In this document: positions 45,901 to 57,900 of the stretch, one piece after another
How positions within the stretch are numbered: position 1 is the first letter of the stretch
Layout of the letters: each line of letters begins with the position of its first letter
DNA from: Eledone cirrhosa
Taxonomy: Eukaryota
Assembly (NCBI GenBank): GCA_964016885.1
Contig: OZ024749.1
Span: 8,370,001 to 8,434,000 of the forward strand
DNA: 64,000 bases
Direction: 5' to 3'
Translations under genes and position numbers: made by a program
Notes under the pieces: model-generated
What the model was told of the DNA's origin: nothing
What the model saw: only the letters and a program-made list of their open reading frames with translations
The model's database searches: none

Positions 45901-48900
45901 TGGTGTTGGTGTTAATGGTCTTGTTGGTATAGGTGGTGTTGGTGTTAATGGTCTTGCTGGTATAGGTGGTGGTGGTGTTAGTGGTCTTGTTGGTATAGGT
46001 GGTGTTGGTGTTAGTGGTCTTGCTGGTATAGGTGGTGGTGGTGTTAGTGGTCTTGTTGGTATAGGTGGTGTTGGTGTTAGTGGTCTTGCTGGTATAGGTG
46101 GTGGTGGTGTTAGTGGTCTTGTTGGTATAGGTGGTGTTGGTGTTAATGGTCTTGCTGGTATAGGTGGTGGTGGTGTTAGTGGTCTTGTTGGTATAGGTGG
46201 TGTTGGTGTTAGTGGTCTTGCTGGTATAGGTGGTGGTGGTGTTAGTGGTCTTGTTGGTATAGGTGGTGTTGGTGTTAATGGTCTTGCTGGTATAGGTGGT
46301 GGTGGTGTTAGTGGTCTTGTTGGTATAGGTGGTGTTGGTGTTAATGGTCTTGCTGGTATAGGTGGTGTTGGTGTTAGTGGTCTTGCTGGTATAGGTGGTG
46401 TTGGTGTTAGTGGTCTTGTTGGTATAGGTGGTGTTGGTGTTAGTGGTCTTGCTGGTATAGGTGGTGGTGGTGTTAGTGGTCTTGTTGGTATAGGTGGTGT
46501 TGGTGTTAATGGTCTTGCTGGTATAGGTGGTGGTGGTGTTAGTGGTCTTGTTGGTATAGGTGGTGTTGGTGTTAATGGTCTTGCTGGTATAGGTGGTGTT
46601 GGTGTTAGTGGTCTTGCTGGTATAGGTGGTGGTGGTGTTAGTGGTCTTGTTGGTATAGGTGGTGTTGGTGTTAGTGGTCTTGCTGGTATAGGTGGTGGTG
46701 GTGTTAGTGGTCTTGTTGGTATAGGTGGTGTTGGTGTTAATGGTCTTGCTGGTATAGGTGGTCGTGGTGTTAGTGGTCTTGTTGGTATAGGTGGTGTTGG
46801 TGTTAGTGGTCTTGTTGGTATAGGTGGTGGTGGTGTTAGTAGTCTTGTTGGTATAGGTGGTGATGGTGTTGGTGTTAATGGTCTTGTTGGTATAGGTGGT
46901 GGTGGTGTTAATGGTCTTGCTGGTATAGGTGGTGTTGATGTTAATGGTCTTGCTGGTATAGGTGGTGTTGGTGTTAATGGTCTTGCTGGTATAGGTGGTG
47001 TTGGTGTTAATGGTCTTGCTGGTATAGGTGGTGTTGGTGTTAATGGTCTTGCTGGTATAGGTGGTGTTGGTGTTAATGGTCTTGCTGGTATAGGTGGTGT
47101 TGGTGTTAATGGTCTTGCTGGTATAGGTGGTGTTGGTGTTAATGGTCTTGCTGGTATAGGTGGTGTTGGTGTTGGTGTTAATGGTCTTGTTGGTATAGGT
47201 GGTGTTGGTGTTAATGGTCTTGCTGGTATAAGTGGTGTTGGTGTTAATGGTCTTGCTGGTATAGGTGGTGTTGGTGTTAATGGTCTTGCTGGTATAGGTG
47301 GTGTTGGTGTTGGTGTTAATGGTCTTGTTGGTATAGGTGGTGTTGGTGTTAATGGTCTTGCTGGTATAGGTGGTGTTGGTGTTAATGGTCTTGCTGGTAT
47401 AGGTGGTGTTGGTGTTAATGGTCTTGCTGGTATAGGTGGTGTTGGTGTTGGTGTTAATGGTGTTGTTGGTATAGGTGGTGTTGGTGTTAATGGTCTTGCT
47501 GGTATAAGTGGTGTTGGTGTTAATGGTCTTGCTGGTATAGGTGGTGTTGGTGTTAATGGTCTTGCTGGTATAGGTGGTGTTGGTGTTGGTGTTAATGGTC
47601 TTGTTGGTATAGGTGGTGTTGGTGTTAATGGTCTTGCTGGTATAGGTGGTGTTGGTGTTAATGGTCTTGCTGGTATAGGTGGTGTTGGTGTTAATGGTCT
47701 TGCTGGTATAGGTGGTGTTGGTGTTAATGGTCTTGCTGGTATAGGTGGTGTTGGTGTTAATGGTCTTGCTGGTATAGGTGGTGTTGGTGTTAATGGTCTT
47801 GCTGGTATAGGTGGTGTTGGTGTTGGTGTTAATGGTCTTGTTGGTATAGGTGGTGTTGGTGTTGGTGTTAATGGTCTTGTTGGTATAGGTGGTGTTGGTG
47901 TTAATGGTCTTGCTGGTATAGGTGGTGTTGGTGTTGGTGTTAATGGTCTTGTTGGTATAGGTGGTGTTGGTGTTAATGGTCTTGTTGGTATAGGTGGTGT
48001 TGGTGTTAATGGTCTTGCTGGTATAGGTGGTGTTGGTGTTAATGGTCTTGCTGGTATAGGTGGTGTTGGTGTTAATGGTCTTGCTGGTATAGGTGGTGTT
48101 GGTGTTGGTGTTAATGGTCTTGTTGGTATAGGTGGTGTTGGTGTTGGTGTTAATGGTCTTGTTGGTATAGGTGGTGTTGGTGTTAATGGTCTTGCTGGTA
48201 TACTGGTGTTGGTGTTGGTGTTAATGGTCTTGTTGGTATAGGTGGTGTTGGTGTTAATGGTCTTGCTGGTATAGGTGGTGTTGGTGTTGGTGTTAATGGT
48301 CTTGTTGGTATAGGTGGTGTTGGTGTTAATGGTCTTGCTGGTATAGGTGGTGTTGGTGTTAATGGTCTTGTTGGTATAGGTTGTGTTGGTGTTAATGGTC
48401 TTGTTGGTATAGGTGGTTTTGGTGTTAATGGTCTTGCTGGTATAGGTGGTGTTGTTGTTAATGGTCTTGCTGGTATAGGTGGTGTTGGTGTTAATGGTCT
48501 TGCTGGTATAGGTGGTGTTGGTGTTAATGGTCTTGCTGGTATAGGTGGTGTTGGTGTTAATGGTCTTGCTGGTATAGGTGGTGGTGGTGTTAATGGTCTT
48601 GTTGGTATAGGTGGTGTTGGTGTTAATGGTCTTGCTGGTATAGGTTGTGTTGGTGTTAATGGTCTTGTTGGTATAGGTGGTGTTGGTGTTAATGGTCTTG
48701 CTGGTATAGGTGGTGTTGGTGTTGGTGTTAATGGTCTTGTTGGTATAGGGGGTGTTGGTGTTAATGGTCTTGCTGGTATAGGTGCTGTTGGTGTTAATGG
48801 TCTTGTTGGTATAGGTTGTGTTGGTGTTAATGGTCTTGTTGGTATAGGTGGTGTTGGTGTTAATGGTCTTGCTGGTATAGGTGGTGTTGGTGTTAATGGT

Positions 48901-51900
48901 CTTGTTGGTATAGGTTGTGTTGGTGTTAATGGTCTTGTTGGTATAGGTGGTGTTGGTGTTAATGGTCTTGCTGGTATAGGTGGTGTTGGTGTTAATGGTC
49001 TTGCTGGTATAGTTGGTGTTGGTGTTAATGGTCTTGTTGGTATAGGTGGTGTTGGTGTTAATGGTCTTGCTGGTATAGGTGGTGTTGGTGTTGGTGTTAA
49101 TGGTCTTGTTGGTATAGGTGGTGTTGGTGTGAATGGTCTTGCTGGTATAGGTGGTGTTGGTGTTGGTGTTAATGGTCTTGTTGGTATAGGTGGTGTTGGT
49201 GTTAATGGTCTTGCTGGTATAGGTGGTGTTGGTGTTAATGGTCTTGTTGGTATAGGTTGTGTTGGTGTTAATGGTCTTGTTGGTATAGGTGGTGTTGGTG
49301 TTAATGATCTTGCTGGTATAGGTGGTGTTGGTGTTAATGGTCTTGCTGGTATAGGTGGTGTTGGTGTTGGTGTTAATGGTCTTGTTGGTATAGGTGGTGT
49401 TGGTGTTAATGGTCTTGCTGGTATAGGTGGTGTTGGTGTTAATGGTCTTGTTGGTATAGGTTGTGTTGGTGTTAATGGTCTTGTTGTTATAGGTGGTGTT
49501 GGTGTTAATGGTCTTGCTGGTATAGGTGGTGTTGGTGTTCGTGTTAATGGTCTTGTTGGTATAGGTGGTGTTGGTGTTAATGGTCTTGCTGGTATAGGTG
49601 GTGTTGGTGTTGGTGTTAATGGTCTTGTTGGTATAGGTGGTGTTGGTGTTAATGGTCTTGCTGGTATAGGTGGTGTTGGTGTTAATGGTCTTGTTGGTAT
49701 AGGTTGTGTTGGTGTTAATGGTCTTGTTGGTATAGGTGGTGTTGGTGTTAATGGTCTTGCTGGTATAGGTGGTGTTGGTGTTAATGGTCTTGCTGGTATA
49801 GGTGGTGTTGGTGTTGGTGTTAATGGTCTTGTTGGTATAGGTGTTGTTGGTGTTAATGGTCTTGCTGGTATAGGTGGTGTTTATGTTGGTGTTAATGGTC
49901 TTGTTGTTATAGGTGGTGTTGGTGTTAATGGTCTTGCTGGTATATGTGGTGTTGGTGTTAATGGTCTTGTTGGTATAGGTTGTGTTGATGTTAATGGTCT
50001 TGTTGGTATAGGTGGTGTTGGTGTTAATGGTCTTGCTGGTATAGGTGGTGTTGGTGTTAATGGTCTTGCTGGTATAGGTGGTGTTGGTGTTAATGGTCTT
50101 GTTGGTATAGGTGGTGTTGGTGTTAATGGTCTTGCTGGTATAGGTGGTGTTGGTGTTAATGGTCTTGTTGGTATAGGTGGTGTTGGTGTTAATGGTCTTG
50201 CTGGTATAGGTGGTGTTGGTGTTGGTGTTAATGGTCTTGTTGGTATAGGTGGTGTTGGTGTTAATGGTCTTGTTGGCATAGGTGGTGTTGGTGTTAATGG
50301 TCTTGCTGGTATAGGTGGTGTTGGTGTTAATGGTCTTGTTGGTATAGGTGGTGTTGGTGTTAATGGTCTTGTTGGTATAGGTTGTGTTGGTGTTAATGGT
50401 CTTGCTGGTATAGGTGGTGTTGGTGTTAATGGTCTTGTTGGTATAGGTGGTGTTGGTGTTAATGGTCTTGCTGGTATAGGTGGTGTTGGTGTTAATGGTC
50501 TTGTTGGTATAGGTTGTGTTGGTGTTAATGGTCTTGTTGGTATAGGTTGTGTTGGTGTTAATGGTCTTGTTGGTATAGGTTGTGTTGGTGTTAATGGTCT
50601 TGTTGGTATAGGTGGTGTTCGTGTTAATGGTCTTGCTGGTATAGGTGGTGTTGGTGTTAATGGTCTTGCTGGTATAGGTGGTGTTGGTGTTAATGGTCTT
50701 GCTGGTATAGGTGGTGTTGGTGTTAATGGTCTTGCTGGTATAGGTGGTGTTGGTGTTAATGGTCTTGCTGGTATAGGTGGTGTTGGTGTTGGTGTTAATG
50801 GTCTTGCTGGTATAGGTGGTGTTGGTGTTAATGGTCTTGCTGGTATAGGTGGTGTTGGTGTTAATGGCCTTGCTGGTATAGGTGGTGGTGGTGTTAGTGG
50901 TCTTGTTGGTATAGGTGGTGTTGGTGTTAATGGTCTTGCTGGTATAGGTGGTGGTGGTGTTAGTGGTCTTGTTGGTATAGGTGGTGTTGGTGTTAGTGGT
51001 CTTGCTGGTATAGGTGGTGATGGTGTTGGTGTTAATGGTCTTGTTGGTATAGGTGGTGGTGGTGTTAATGGTCTTGCTGGTATAGGTGGTGTTGGTGTTA
51101 ATGGTCCTGCTGGTATAGGTGGTGTTGGTGTTAATGGTCTTGCTGGTATAGGTGGTGTTGGTGTTAATGGTCTTGCTGGTATAGGTGGTGTTGGTGTTAA
51201 TGGTCTTGCTGGTATAGGTGGTGTTGGTGTTAATGGTCTTGCTGGTATAGGTGGTGTTGGTGTTAATGGTCTTGCTGGTATAGGTGGTGTTGGTGTTAAT
51301 GGTCTTGCTGGTATAGGTGGTGTTGGTGTTAATGCTCTTGCTGGTATAGGTGGTGTTGGTGTTAATGGTCTTGCTGGTATAGGTGGTGTTGGTGTTGGTG
51401 TTAATGGTCTTGTTGGTATAGCTGGTGTTGGTGTTAATGGTCTTGCTGGTATAGGTGGTGTTGGTGTTAATGGTCTTGCTGGTATAGGTGGTGTTGGTGT
51501 TAATGGTCTTGTTGGTATAGGTTGTGTTGGTGTTAATGGTCTTGCTGGTATAGGTGGTGTTGGTGTTAATGGTCTTGCTGGTATAGATGGTGTTGGTGTT
51601 AATGGTCTTGCTGGTATAGGTGGTGTTGGTGTTGGTGTTAATGGTCTTTTTGGTATAGGTGGTGTTGGTGTTGGTGTTAATGGTCTTGTTGGTATAGGTG
51701 GTGTTGGTGTTAATGGTCTTGCTGGTATAGGTGGTGTTGGTGTTGGTGTTAATGGTCTTGTTGGTATAGGTGGTGTTGGTGTTAATGGTCTTGCTGGTAT
51801 AGGTGGTGTTGGTGTTAATGGTCTTGATGGTATAGGTGGTGTTGGTGTTGGTGTTAATGGTCTTGTTGGTATAGGTGGTGTTGGTGTTGGTGTTAATGGT

Positions 51901-54900
51901 CTTGCTGGTATAGGTGGTGTTGGTGTTGGTGTTAATGGTCTTGTTGGTATAGGTGGTGTTGGTGTTAATGGTCTTGCTGGTATAGGTGGTGTTGGTGTTA
52001 ATGGTCTTGTTGGTATAGGTTGTGTTGGTGTTAATGGTCTTGTTGGTATAGGTGGTGTTGGTGTTAATGGTCTTGCTGGTATAGGTGGTGTTGGTGTTAA
52101 TGGTCTTGCTGGTATAGGTGGTGGTGGTGTTAATGGTCTTGTTGGTATAGGTGGTGTTGGCGTTAATGGTCTTGCTGGTATAGGTTGTGTTGGTGTTAAT
52201 GGTCTTGTTGGTATAGGTGGTGTTGGTGTTAATGGTCTTGCTGGTATAGGTGGTGTTGGTGTTAATGGTCTTGCTGGTATAGGTGGTGTTGGTGTTGGTG
52301 TTAATGGTCTTGTTGGTATAGGTGGTGTTGGTGTTAATGGTCTTGCTGGTATAGGTGGTGTTGGTGTTGGTGTTAATGGTCTTGTTGGTATAGGGGGTGT
52401 TGGTGTTAATGGTCTTGCTGGTATAGGTGGTGTTGGTGTTAATGGTCTTGTTGGTATAGGTTGTGTTGGTGTTAATGGTCTTGTTGGTATAGGTGGTGTT
52501 GGTGTTAATGGTCTTGCTGGTATAGGTGGTGTTGGTGTTAATGGTCTTGCTGGTATAGGTGGTGTTGGTGTTGGTGTTAATCGTCTTGTTGGTATAGGTG
52601 GTGTTGGTGTTAATGGTCTTGCTGGTATAGGTGGTGTTGGTGTTAATGGTCTTGTTGGTATAGGTTGTGTTGGTGTTAATGGTCTTGTTGGTATAGGTGG
52701 TGTTGGTGTTAATGGTCTTGCTGGTATAGGTGGTGTTGGTGTTAATGGTCTTGCTGGTATAGGTGGTGTTGGTGTTGGTGTTAATGGTCTTGTTGGTATA
52801 GGTGGTGTTGGTGTTAATGGTCTTGCTGGTATAGGTGGTGTTGGTGTTGGTGTTAATGGTCTTGTTGGTATAGGTTGTGTTGGTGTTAATGGTCTTGTTG
52901 TTATAGGTGGTGTTGGTGTTAATGGTCTTGCTGGTATAGGTGGTGTTGGTGTTAATGGTCTTGTTGGTATAGGTGGTGTTGGTGTTAATGGTCTTGCTGG
53001 TATAGGTGGTGTTGGTGTTAATGGTCTTGTTGGTATAGGTTGTGTTGGTGTTAATGGTCTTGTTGGTATAGGTTGTGTTGGTGTTAATGGTCTTGTTGGT
53101 ATAGGTTGTGTTGGTGTTAATGGTCTTGTTGTTATAGGTGGTGTTGGTGTTAATGGTCTTGCTGGTATAGGTGGTGTTGGTGTTAATGGTCTTGCTGGTA
53201 TAGGTGGTGTTGGTGTTAATGGTCTTGCTGGTATAGGTGGTGTTGGTGTTAATGGTCTTGCTGGTATAGGTGGTGTTGGTGTTGGTGTTAATGGTCTTGC
53301 TTGTATAGGTGGTGTTGGTGTTAATGGTCTTGCTGGTATAGGTGGTGTTGGTGTTAATGGTCTTGCTGGTATAGGTGGTGGTGGTGTTAGTGGTCTTGTT
53401 GGTATAGGTGGTGTTGGTGTTAATGGTCTTGATGGTATAGGTGGTGGTGGTGTTAGTGGTCTTGTTGGTATAGGTGGTGTTGGTGTTAGTGGTCTTGTTG
53501 GTATAGGTGGTGGTGGTGTTAGTAGACTTGTTGGTATAGGTGGTGATGGTGTTGGTGTTAATGGTCTTGTTGGTATAGGTGGTGGTGGTGTTAATGGTCT
53601 TGCTGGTATAGGTGGTGTTGGTGTTAATGGTCCTGCTGGTATAGGTGGTGTTGGTGTTAATGGTCTTGCTGGTATAGGTGGTGTTGGTGTTAATGGTCTT
53701 GCTGGTATAGGTGGTGTTGGTGTTAATGGTCTTGCTGGTATAGGTGGTGTTGGTGTTAATGGTCTTGCTGGTATAGGTGGTGTTGGTGTTAATGGTCTTG
53801 CTGGTATATGTGGTGTTGGTGTTAATGGTCTTGCTGGTATAGGTGGTGTTGGTGTTAATGCTCTTGCTGGTATAGGTGGTGTTGGTGTTAATGGTCTTGC
53901 TGGTATAGGTGGTGTTGGTGTTGGTGTTAATGGTCTTGTTGGTATAGCTGGTGTTGGTGTTAATGGTCTTGCTGGTATAGGTGGTGTTGGTGTTAATGGT
54001 CTTGCTGGTATAGGTGGTGTTGGTGTTAATGGTCTTGTTGGTATAGGTTGTGTTGGTGTTAATGGTCTTGCTGGTATAGGTGGTGTTGGTGTTAATGGTC
54101 TTGCTGGTATAGGTGGTGTTGGTGTTAATGGTCTTGCTGGTATAGGTGGTGTTGGTGTTGGTGTTAATGGTCTTGTTGGTATAGGTGGTGTTGGTGTTAA
54201 TGGTCTTGTTGGTATAGGTGGTGTTGGTGTTAATGGTCTTGCTGGTATAGGTGGTGTTGGTGTTGGTGTTAATGGTCTTGTTGGTATAGGTGGTGTTGGT
54301 GTTAATGGTCTTGTTGGTATAGGTGGTGTTGGTGTTAATGGTCTTGCTGGTATAGGTGGTGTTGGTGTTAATGGTCTTGCTGGTATAGGTGGTGTTGGTG
54401 TTAATGGTCTTGATGGTATAGGTGGTGTTGGTGTTGGTGTTAATGGTCTTGTTGGTATAGGTGGTGTTGGTGTTGGTGTTAATGGTCTTGTTGGTATAGG
54501 TTGTGTTGGTGTTAATGGTCTTGCTGGTATAGGTGGTGTTGGTGTTAATGGTCTTGCTGGTATAGGTGGTGTTGGTGTTAATGGTCTTGCTGGTATAGGT
54601 GGTGTTGGTGTTGGTGTTAATGGTCTTGTTGGTATAGGTGGTGTTGGTGTTAATGGTCTTGTTGGTATAGGTGGTGTTGGTGTTAATGGTCTTGCTGGTA
54701 TAGGTGGTGTTGGTGTTGGTGTTAATGGTCTTGTTGGTATAGGTGGTGTTGGTGTTAATGGTCTTGCTGGTATAGGTGGTGTTGGTGTTAATGGTCTTGA
54801 TGGTATAGGTGGTGTTGGTGTTGGTGTTAATGGTCTTGTTGGTATAGGTGGTGTTGGTGTTGGTGTTAATGGTCTTGCTGGTATAGGTGGTGTTGGTGTT

Positions 54901-57900
54901 GGTGTTAATGGTCTTGTTGGTATAGGTGGTGTTGGTGTTAATGGTCTTGCTGGTATAGGTGGTGTTGGTGTTAATGGTCTTTTTGGTATAGGTTGTGTTG
55001 GTGTTAATGGTCTTGTTGGTATAGGTGGTGTTGGTGTTAATGGTCTTGCTGGTATAGGTGGTGTTGGTGTTAATGGTCTTGCTGGTATAGGTGGTGGTGG
55101 TGTTAATGGTCTTGTTGGTATAGGTGGTGTTGGTGTTAATGGTCTTGCTGGTATAGGTTGTGTTGGTGTTAATGGTCTTGTTGGTATAGGTGGTGTTGGT
55201 GTTAATGGTCTTGCTGGTATAGGTGGTGTTGGTGTTAATGGTCTTGCTGGTATAGGTGGTGTTGGTGTTGGTGTTAATGGTCTTGTTGGTATAGGTGGTG
55301 TTGGTGTTAATGGTCTTGCTGGTATAGGTGGTGTTGGTGTTGGTGTTAATGGTCTTGTTGGTATAGGGGGTGTTGGTGTTAATGGTCTTGCTGGTATAGG
55401 TGGTGTTGGTGTTAATGGTCTTGTTGGTATAGGTTGTGTTGGTGTTAATGGTCTTGTTGGTATAGGTGGTGTTGGTGTTAATGGTCTTGCTGGTATAGGT
55501 GGTGTTGGTGTTAATGGTCTTGCTGGTATAGGTGGTGTTGGTGTTGGTGTTAATGGTCTTGTTGGTATAGGTGGTGTTGGTGTTAATGGTCTTGCTGGTA
55601 TAGGTGGTGTTGGTGTTAATGGTCTTGTTGGTATAGGTTGTGTTGGTGTTAATGGTCTTGTTGGTATAGGTGGTGTTGGTGTTAATGGTCTTGCTGGTAT
55701 AGGTGGTGTTGGTGTTAATGGTCTTGCTGGTATAGGTGGTGTTGGTGTTGGTGTTAATGGTCTTGTTGGTATAGGTGGTGTTGGTGTTAATGGTCTTGCT
55801 GGTATAGGTGGTGTTGGTGTTGGTGTTAATGGTCTTGTTGGTATAGGTTGTGTTGGTGTTAATGGTCTTGTTGTTATAGGTGGTGTTGGTGTTAATGGTC
55901 TTGCTGGTATAGGTGGTGTTGGTGTTAATGGTCTTGTTGGTATAGGTGGTGTTGGTGTTAATGGTCTTGCTGGTATAGGTGGTGTTGGTGTTAATGGTCT
56001 TGTTGGTATAGGTTGTGTTGGTGTTAATGGTCTTGTTGGTATAGGTTGTGTTGGTGTTAATGGTCTTGTTGGTATAGGTTGTGTTGGTGTTAATGGTCTT
56101 GTTGTTATAGGTGGTGTTGGTGTTAATGGTCTTGCTGGTATAGGTGGTGTTGGTGTTAATGGTCTTGCTGGTATAGGTGGTGTTGGTGTTAATGGTCTTG
56201 CTGGTATAGGTGGTGTTGGTGTTAATGGTCTTGCTGGTATAGGTGGTGTTGGTGTTGGTGTTAATGGTCTTGCTGGTATAGGTGGTGTTGGTGTTAATGG
56301 TCTTGCTGGTATAGGTGGTGTTGGTGTTAATGGTCTTGCTGGTATAGGTGGTGGTGGTGTTAGTGGTCTTGTTGGTATAGGTGGTGTTGGTGTTAATGGT
56401 CTTGATGGTATAGGTGGTGGTGGTGTTAGTGGTCTTGTTGGTATAGGTGGTGTTGGTGTTAGTGGTCTTGTTGGTATAGGTGGTGGTGGTGTTAGTAGAC
56501 TTGTTGGTATAGGTGGTGATGGTGTTGGTGTTAATGGTCTTGTTGGTATAGGTGGTGGTGGTGTTAATGGTCTTGCTGGTATAGGTGGTGTTGGTGTTAA
56601 TGGTCCTGCTGGTATAGGTGGTGTTGGTGTTAATGGTCTTGCTGGTATAGGTGGTGTTGGTGTTAATGGTCTTGCTGGTATAGGTGGTGTTGGTGTTAAT
56701 GGTCTTGCTGGTATAGGTGGTGTTGGTGTTAATGGTCTTGCTGGTATAGGTGGTGTTGGTGTTAATGGTCTTGCTGGTATATGTGGTGTTGGTGTTAATG
56801 GTCTTGCTGGTATAGGTGGTGTTGGTGTTAATGCTCTTGCTGGTATAGGTGGTGTTGGTGTTAATGGTCTTGCTGGTATAGGTGGTGTTGGTGTTGGTGT
56901 TAATGGTCTTGTTGGTATAGCTGGTGTTGGTGTTAATGGTCTTGCTGGTATAGGTGGTGTTGGTGTTAATGGTCTTGCTGGTATAGGTGGTGTTGGTGTT
57001 AATGGTCTTGTTGGTATAGGTTGTGTTGGTGTTAATGGTCTTGCTGGTATAGGTGGTGTTGGTGTTAATGGTCTTGCTGGTATAGGTGGTGTTGGTGTTA
57101 ATGGTCTTGCTGGTATAGGTGGTGTTGGTGTTGGTGTTAATGGTCTTGTTGGTATAGGTGGTGTTGGTGTTAATGGTCTTGTTGGTATAGGTGGTGTTGG
57201 TGTTAATGGTCTTGCTGGTATAGGTGGTGTTGGTGTTGGTGTTAATGGTCTTGTTGGTATAGGTGGTGTTGGTGTTAATGGTCTTGTTGGTATAGGTGGT
57301 GTTGGTGTTAATGGTCTTGCTGGCATAGGTGGTGTTGGTGTTAATGGTCTTGCTGGTATAGGTGGTGTTGGTGTTAATGGTCTTGATGGTATAGGTGGTG
57401 TTGGTGTTGGTGTTAATGGTCTTGTTGGTATAGGTGGTGTTGGTGTTGGTGTTAATGGTCTTGTTGGTATAGGTGGTGTTGGTGTTAATGGTCTTGCTGG
57501 TATAGGTGGTGTTGGTGTTGGTGTTAATGGTCTTGTTGGTATAGGTGGTGTTGGTGTTAATGGTCTTGCTGGTATAGGTGGTGTTGGTGTTAATGGTCTT
57601 GTTGGTATAGGTTGTGTTGGTGTTAATGGTCTTGTTGGTATAGGTGGTGTTGGTGATAATGGTCTTGCTGGTATAGGTGGTGTTGGTGTTAATGGTCTTG
57701 CTGGTATAGGTGGTGGTGATGTTAATGGTCTTGTTGGTATAGGTGGTGTTGGTGTTAATGGTATTGCTGGTATAGGTGGTGTTGGTGTTGGTGTTAATGG
57801 TCTTGTTGGTATAGGTTGTGTTGGTGTTAATGGTCTTGTTGGTATAGGTGGTGTTGGTGTTAATGGTCTTGCTGGTATAGGTGGTGTTGGTGTTGGTGTT

